Positions 34,380 through 39,241 of a DNA stretch of 39,241 nucleotides are shown piece after piece. A program made the translations under genes and the position numbers. How positions within the stretch are numbered: position 1 is the first letter of the stretch; each line of letters begins with the position of its first letter. The notes under the pieces are model-generated. The model was not told the origin of the DNA. It saw nothing but the letters and a program-made list of their open reading frames with translations, and made no database searches. The stretch is from NCBI GenBank assembly GCA_031459915.1, contig JAVKHO010000023.1, positions 1 to 39,241 on the forward strand, in the 5' to 3' direction. Origin of the DNA: Candidatus Tepidifontimicrobium thermophilum. GTDB taxonomy: Bacteria; Sysuimicrobiota; Sysuimicrobiia; Sysuimicrobiales; Sysuimicrobiaceae.

Positions 34380-36517
34380 AGCTGCTGGAGCTGAGGGTCG
34401 AGAACTTCCGCCAGCACCGCCGCGCCTGCTTCCGCTTCGCTCCGGGATTCAACGCGGTGGTGGGACCCAACGAGGCGGGCAAGTCCGCGCTCCGCGACGC
34501 CCTCAGAATGGCGCTGTTCGCGAACCCTGCGTCCCAGCGCCACGAGGAAGCCGTGCGGCCGTGGGGGGGGGCCGGCGCCTCGGTCCTGCAGCTGGTCTTC
34601 GAGGTGCCTCAGGGCCGGTTCGAGCTCGTCAAGGACTTTGGCGCGGGCCGGGTGCTGCTGAAGGGACAGGGGAGGACCTGGGAACGGCCCCGGGAGGTCC
34701 AGCAGGCCATCGGCCGGGCCCTGGGGTTCCAGTCGGAGAAGGCCTTCCTGGCCACCGCCCACGTCCGCCAGGCCGAGTTGCATCGCATCGGCGAGCGTGA
34801 CGTGGCGGCGCAGCTGGGGCGTATCGTGGCAGGGGCGGACGAGGACGCCTCCCGGGCCCTGCAGGCGCTGCAAAGAGCTCTGGAGGACCTGGAGCGGGGC
34901 CTGGCGCGGCCCGCCTCCAACCCCGGCCGTCTGTCCCGCGCCCGGCAGAGGCTCCGGGAGCTGCAGGCGCGCGTGGAGGATCTCCGAAGGGACGTCCAGG
35001 AAGCCCGCAACACCGCCGTAAAGGCTGCTGGGGTCCGGGAGCGCCTGGCGGAGCTGGAAGCGGAGCTAAAAAACCGCAACGAGCTCCTGGACCTGAACCG
35101 CAGGGTCCAGCAGGCCCGGGAGCGCTCGGACTGGCTCCGCAAGGAGGTCGGCTGGCGCCGCGAGGTGCTCGAGCAGGTGGAGGCTCTGGAAGAACGCGTC
35201 CGCCGTGACCGGGAGGAGCTGGAGAGGCTCCCGCCAGCCGAAGACGGGACCCTGGAACGTCTCCGGGACTCCCTGAGACGCGCGGAGGAGCTGGAGGCGA
35301 GGGCCGCGCAGCTTGAACGCAGCGCCTTGGAGCTGCCGGAGGTCCAGCCTCCGGCTCGGTGGGTGTGGGGGATAGCCGGGGCGGCAGCGGTAGCGGCGGC
35401 GTGGCCAGGCCTGCCGGACGCATTGCGGGCCGTGCTGTTAGCCGTTGCGGTGGCCGCGGCCTTCGCCGGGTGGAAGAGCTGGCAACGGGCAGAAACCGCG
35501 CGCCGCGTGAGGGCAGACGCGGAGGCCCAGAACCGGGAGCGGTCGCGGCTAGCCGAGGAGCTCCGCGCCCAGGCGCAGGACCTGCGCGCTCAGGCCAAGG
35601 AGCACCTGGCCGCCGCGCAGGCCCGGTCCGTCGAGGAGGTGGAGGACCGGGTCAGGCGGCGCCGGCAGCTCGAACAAGCCCTGCAGTCCAGCCAGGAGCG
35701 GATCCAGGGCCTCCTGCGGGGCCGGGACCCGCAGAAGTTGAGGGAGGAGCTGCAGACCCTGTCCGTGGACCTGCACGCGCAGCTGCAGTTTCTGGACGAC
35801 GAGGCGATCCGGGCCAAGGTACTGCTGCCACTGGAGATGCAGCGCTTGGAAGGCGAGACCCAGCGCCTGGTAGACGAGCAGCAGCAGCTGCAACGCGAGC
35901 TGCAGCGCCTGGAGGTGAAGCTGGAGTCGGCACCCGACGAGGAAGCCCTGCTGCGGGCGGAGGAGGAGCTGGCCGCCTGCCGCGCGGAGCTGGAGCGGCT
36001 CGAGCGCCGCCGCCAGGCGCTGCGCGCCGCGGTGGAGGTGCTGGAGGAGGCGAAGGCTGCGGTGGAGGTCCCAGCCCGCCGGGCGGTGGAGGAGAGGGCG
36101 GGGAAGTCCCTGGCGCGCCTCACGGGAGGACGGTACACCCGGCTGCGGGTACCCCACGACGCGGACAGCCTGCGCGTGGAGGTGTGGTCCGAGGAGGCGG
36201 GCTGCTGGCTGGCGCCCGAGGAGCCGCAGCTGAGCCGCGGGACCGTGGACCTCGTGTACTTGGCCGCGCGGGTGGCCCTGGTGGACGTCCTGGCACCTGA
36301 GGTGCGGCCCCCGCTGCTCCTGGACGACCCCTTCGTGACCTTCGACCCCGAGCGCCGGCACCGTGCCCTGGACTGGCTGCGCGAGCTGTCCACGGAGCGG
36401 CAGGTGTTCCTTTTTACCTGGGACGAGGCCGTGGCGCGCCACGCGGATGCCGTGGTGAGGCTGCCGCCGCCCGGGCCCGAGCCGGGCGGACCCCCGGAGC
36501 CCGCGGCGGGCTGCTAG
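34376..36517 (+). CDS. Rad50/SbcC/YhaN-like SMC ATPase with a central hydrophobic hairpin
   Basis: GPNEAGKS Walker A, long coiled coil, LSRGT signature, LLLDDPFVTFD Walker B; central WVWGIAGAAAVAAAW...VLLAVAVAAAFAGW and no CxxC hook. GTGA coupling to the Mre11-like gene. Confidence 0.88.
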   Translation: MKLLELRVENFRQHRRACFRFAPGFNAVVGPNEAGKSALRDALRMALFANPASQRHEEAVRPWGGAGASVLQLVFEVPQGRFELVKDFGAGRVLLKGQGRTWERPREVQQAIGRALGFQSEKAFLATAHVRQAELHRIGERDVAAQLGRIVAGADEDASRALQALQRALEDLERGLARPASNPGRLSRARQRLRELQARVEDLRRDVQEARNTAVKAAGVRERLAELEAELKNRNELLDLNRRVQQARERSDWLRKEVGWRREVLEQVEALEERVRRDREELERLPPAEDGTLERLRDSLRRAEELEARAAQLERSALELPEVQPPARWVWGIAGAAAVAAAWPGLPDALRAVLLAVAVAAAFAGWKSWQRAETARRVRADAEAQNRERSRLAEELRAQAQDLRAQAKEHLAAAQARSVEEVEDRVRRRRQLEQALQSSQERIQGLLRGRDPQKLREELQTLSVDLHAQLQFLDDEAIRAKVLLPLEMQRLEGETQRLVDEQQQLQRELQRLEVKLESAPDEEALLRAEEELAACRAELERLERRRQALRAAVEVLEEAKAAVEVPARRAVEERAGKSLARLTGGRYTRLRVPHDADSLRVEVWSEEAGCWLAPEEPQLSRGTVDLVYLAARVALVDVLAPEVRPPLLLDDPFVTFDPERRHRALDWLRELSTERQVFLFTWDEAVARHADAVVRLPPPGPEPGGPPEPAAGC

Positions 36518-36550
36518 ACTGGTCTTGAGACCACCCCTGGAGGAGACGCC

Positions 36551-37981
36551 GTGACCGAGCCCACCACCGCTGAGCGGAGAGTGCGGGTCGAGCGGGACAC
36601 CCTCGGCCCGATGGAGGTTCCCGCGGACGCGCTATACGGAGCCAGCACCCAGCGGGCGGTGCTGAACTTCCCCATCAGCGACCTTCGGTTCCCCCGGGTT
36701 TTCATCCGCGCCCTCGGCCTGATCAAGCGCTACGCCGCCGAAGTGAACGCGGAACTGGGACTGTTGGACCGCACGCTGGCGGACGCCATCATGCGGGCGG
36801 CCCAGGAGGTCGCCGACGGAGTCTGGGACCGCGAGTTCGTGGTGGACGTGTTCCAGACCGGGTCCGGCACGTCCACCAACATGAACGCCAACGAGGTGAT
36901 CGCGAACCGGGCGGCGGAACTCCTGGGCGAGGCGAGGGGCTCCAGGCGGGTCCACCCCAATGACCACGTGAACCTAGGCCAGAGCAGCAACGACGTCATC
37001 CCGTCCGCCATCCAGCTGGCAGCGCTTCTGGAGATCCGGGAGCAGCTGCGCCCGGCCTTGGAAGAACTACGGGACACCTTCCGGCGGAAGGCGGAGGAGT
37101 TCCTGCCGGTGGTGAAGACCGGCCGTACCCACCTCATGGACGCTACCCCCATCCGGCTGGGCCAGGAGTTCACGGGCTACGCGGGGCACGTGGAGGCCGC
37201 CCTGGACAATCTCTCCGTGGCGGAGGACCGCCTGCGGGAGCTCCCCCTGGGTGGCACCGCCGTCGGCACCGGCACGGGCCGGCACCCGGAGTTCGCTGAG
37301 CGGGTGTGTGCAAAGCTCACCGCGGCCCTGGGGTTCCCCGTGCGGGAGACCCCCAACCACTTCCGCGCCCAGGCGTGCCTGGATCCGGTGGTGTTCACCA
37401 GCGGTGTCCTGCGCACCTACGCCACCGCCCTCATGAAGGTGGCCAACGACATCCGCTGGATGGGCTCTGGCCCCCACGCCGGACTGGCGGAGCTGGAACT
37501 CCCCGCGGTGCAGCCGGGGTCGTCCATCATGCCGGGCAAGGTGAACCCCGTCATCCCGGAGTCCGTGATCCAGGTGTGCGCGCAGGTGCAGGGCAACGAC
37601 CTCGTGGTGGCCCTGGGCAACCAGTGGGGGAACTTCGAGCTGAACACCATGATGCCCGTGATGGGCTACAACCTCCTGCAGTCCATCCGGCTGCTGGCCA
37701 ACGCCTCCCGCAACTTCGCCCGGCAGTGCGTGGCGGGCCTGCGGGCCACGTCGCGGGGCCCGGAGATGGTGGAGCGCGGCCTGATGCTGGCTACCGCCCT
37801 GGCTCCGGTGATCGGCTACGACGCGGCCGCAGAGGTGGCCAAGGAGGCGGCCCGGACCGGACGGACGATCCGGGAGGTGGCCCGCGAACGCACCGGGCTG
37901 TCGGAGGAGGATCTGAAGCGGATCCTCGACCCCTCCCGGATGACGGAGCCTGGCTTTACGGGCGGGGGCGCGGGCGGCTAG
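36551..37981 (+). CDS. fumC: Class II fumarate hydratase
   Basis: FQTGSGTSTNMNANEV, VHPNDHVN, QSSND, GRTHLMDATP, GSSIMPGKVNP. Confidence 0.92.
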   Translation: MTEPTTAERRVRVERDTLGPMEVPADALYGASTQRAVLNFPISDLRFPRVFIRALGLIKRYAAEVNAELGLLDRTLADAIMRAAQEVADGVWDREFVVDVFQTGSGTSTNMNANEVIANRAAELLGEARGSRRVHPNDHVNLGQSSNDVIPSAIQLAALLEIREQLRPALEELRDTFRRKAEEFLPVVKTGRTHLMDATPIRLGQEFTGYAGHVEAALDNLSVAEDRLRELPLGGTAVGTGTGRHPEFAERVCAKLTAALGFPVRETPNHFRAQACLDPVVFTSGVLRTYATALMKVANDIRWMGSGPHAGLAELELPAVQPGSSIMPGKVNPVIPESVIQVCAQVQGNDLVVALGNQWGNFELNTMMPVMGYNLLQSIRLLANASRNFARQCVAGLRATSRGPEMVERGLMLATALAPVIGYDAAAEVAKEAARTGRTIREVARERTGLSEEDLKRILDPSRMTEPGFTGGGAGG

Positions 37982-38052
37982 GGTGAGGCACAGAGCAGGT
38001 GCAGGGTCGTGGGACCGGACCCCGGGCTGAGGTGAGGTCGGTGGGCGGGACC

Positions 38053-38982
38053 GTGGAGCTACACCAGCTGGAGGCGTTCGTGGCGGTGGCCACCTTCCGG
38101 AGTTTCCACCGCGCCGCGGAGGCCCTGTTCCTGTCCCAGCCTGCGGTGAGCGCCCGGATCCAGTCGTTGGAGCGCGCCCTGGGAAAGCGGCTGTTCGAGC
38201 GGGACGGACGCACCGTGCGCCTCACGGAGGCCGGGGAGGCGCTGCTGCCCTACGCGGAGCGGGCCATCCAGGCGGTGGTGGAGGGCCAGCACGCGGTCCA
38301 GCAGACCTCAGGCCCCTCCGCGGGACCGCTGACCCTGGCGGCGGTTCCTTCCCTGTGTACCTACCTCCTGCCCGAGGCCCTCAAGCGTTTCCGTCAGGAG
38401 TGCGAGGACTGCAAGGTGCTGATCCGCACCGGGCACTCCCGGGACGTCCTGCAGATGGTCCTCAACGAGGAGGCGGAAATCGGGCTCGCCCGGTCCCTCA
38501 GCCACCCTCAGGTGGAGACCATCCACCTGGCTCGGGATCCCTTCGTCCTGGTGGTGTACCCGCGCCACCCCTTCGCGAAAGCGGGGCGGGTCACCCTGGA
38601 GGAGGTGGCCAGCCAGCCCCTCATCTTCTACGACCGCGGGTCCAGCGACTGGACGCTCCTCAACGCTACCTTCCGCCGGCAGGGTTTGATCCCCAACGTG
38701 GTCCTGGAGCTGGACACCATCGAGGCCACCAAGAAGATGGTGGAACGCGGTGTAGGGATCTCCTTGCTGCCGAAGATCGCGGTCCGCCGGGAGGTGGCGG
38801 AGGGCAGTCTGGTCCCGGTGCGGCTGGTGGGGGCGGAGATGCCCCAGCGGTTCGTGGACCTGGTGTACCTGCGGGGACGCGGGCTCAACGAGTGGGCCCG
38901 GCGGTTCGTGCAGACGCTGCGGGCGACCCTGAGCGGGGGGCAAGTGGTGGTTGATCAACGCGCTGCATCGAACGCCCGTTGA
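38053..38982 (+). CDS. LysR-family transcriptional regulator
   Basis: MELHQLEAFVAVA...SFHRAAEALFLSQPAVSARIQSLE...LFER...LTEAG HTH plus substrate-binding domain; start GTG 38053. Confidence 0.93.
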   Translation: MELHQLEAFVAVATFRSFHRAAEALFLSQPAVSARIQSLERALGKRLFERDGRTVRLTEAGEALLPYAERAIQAVVEGQHAVQQTSGPSAGPLTLAAVPSLCTYLLPEALKRFRQECEDCKVLIRTGHSRDVLQMVLNEEAEIGLARSLSHPQVETIHLARDPFVLVVYPRHPFAKAGRVTLEEVASQPLIFYDRGSSDWTLLNATFRRQGLIPNVVLELDTIEATKKMVERGVGISLLPKIAVRREVAEGSLVPVRLVGAEMPQRFVDLVYLRGRGLNEWARRFVQTLRATLSGGQVVVDQRAASNAR

Positions 38983-39007
38983 CAGGGCCGGTGTGGCCTC
39001 CTACGAT
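38979..39007 (+). promoter_or_regulatory. Strong sigma70-type promoter for the T-box leader
   Basis: TTGACA (38979-38984)-N17-TACGAT (39002-39007); the -35 overlaps the LysR stop codon. Confidence 0.8.
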
Positions 39008-39014
39008 CGTGGAC

Positions 39015-39241
39015 AAACCCGAAGACCAGGGACGTGTAGGCTGTCCGACTTCGACCCAAGAGAGCCGCGGGGCGGTGTGAGCGCGGCGTCGGAGGGACAG
39101 CTGAGTTCCCCTGCGAGGGGCGGCCCGAACGGCAGCAGGGCCCAGTAGGCGCCGACGGGGTTCCGGCTCCCGTTGCCCAGGCCGGCGGAATCGGACGCAA
39201 GTCCCGTTCCGAGAGGGCCCTGCCGCACGCCGTGCGGCGGG
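39015..39241 (+). ncRNA. T-box riboswitch leader (5' part, truncated by window end); probable Phe (UUC) specifier
   Basis: Stem I: CAGGG...GCTGTCC pairs with GGACAGC...CCCTG, with apical AGAGAG and GGTGTGA motifs. Specifier loop GAG-TTC (39106-39108). Stem II GAAC/AGTAG and CCCGTT stem IIA/B elements. The antiterminator lies outside the window. Confidence 0.78.

Overview
High-GC bacterial chromosomal window, probably from a thermophilic Terrabacteria-type organism (taxonomy is inferred, not shown). It has six blocks. (1) 1-4.7 kb, a defence/mobile patch: the distal end of a CRISPR array (30-bp repeat ending ATTGAAAC), an AT-richer gene for an HhH/OGG-like DNA glycosylase-fold protein, a probable IS256 end remnant, a degenerate IS481, a TIGR02710-type CARF-HEPN (Csm6-like) gene and a solo Cas4-like PD-(D/E)XK nuclease. 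(2) 4.7-16.7 kb, a complete selenocysteine/formate dehydrogenase island: selA-selB-selC, an 11/22-residue-repeat membrane coiled-coil protein, fdhD, selD and fdnGHI-fdhE. Both selD and fdnG contain in-frame UGA-Sec codons that the ORF track misses. (3) A DAK2/DegV/PlsY fatty-acid activation cluster. (4) A GntR gene, oxalate-oxidoreductase-like delta/alpha/beta genes, a tripartite tricarboxylate transporter and a CMK-BON gene. (5) qor, then a probable LexA-controlled operon: recX, UvrD-PD-(D/E)XK helicase-nuclease, HAD hydrolase, Mre11/SbcD-like nuclease and a Rad50/YhaN-like ATPase with a hydrophobic hairpin. (6) fumC, a LysR regulator and the 5' part of a T-box riboswitch. The best candidates for something new are the glycosylase-fold gene abutting a truncated CRISPR repeat, the selB reading frame ending inside tRNA-Sec, the SOS-boxed membrane-linked DNA-end-processing operon, and a variant oxalate oxidoreductase coupled to a TTT transporter. 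Family calls come from motif recognition and recalled sequences; no database searches were run.
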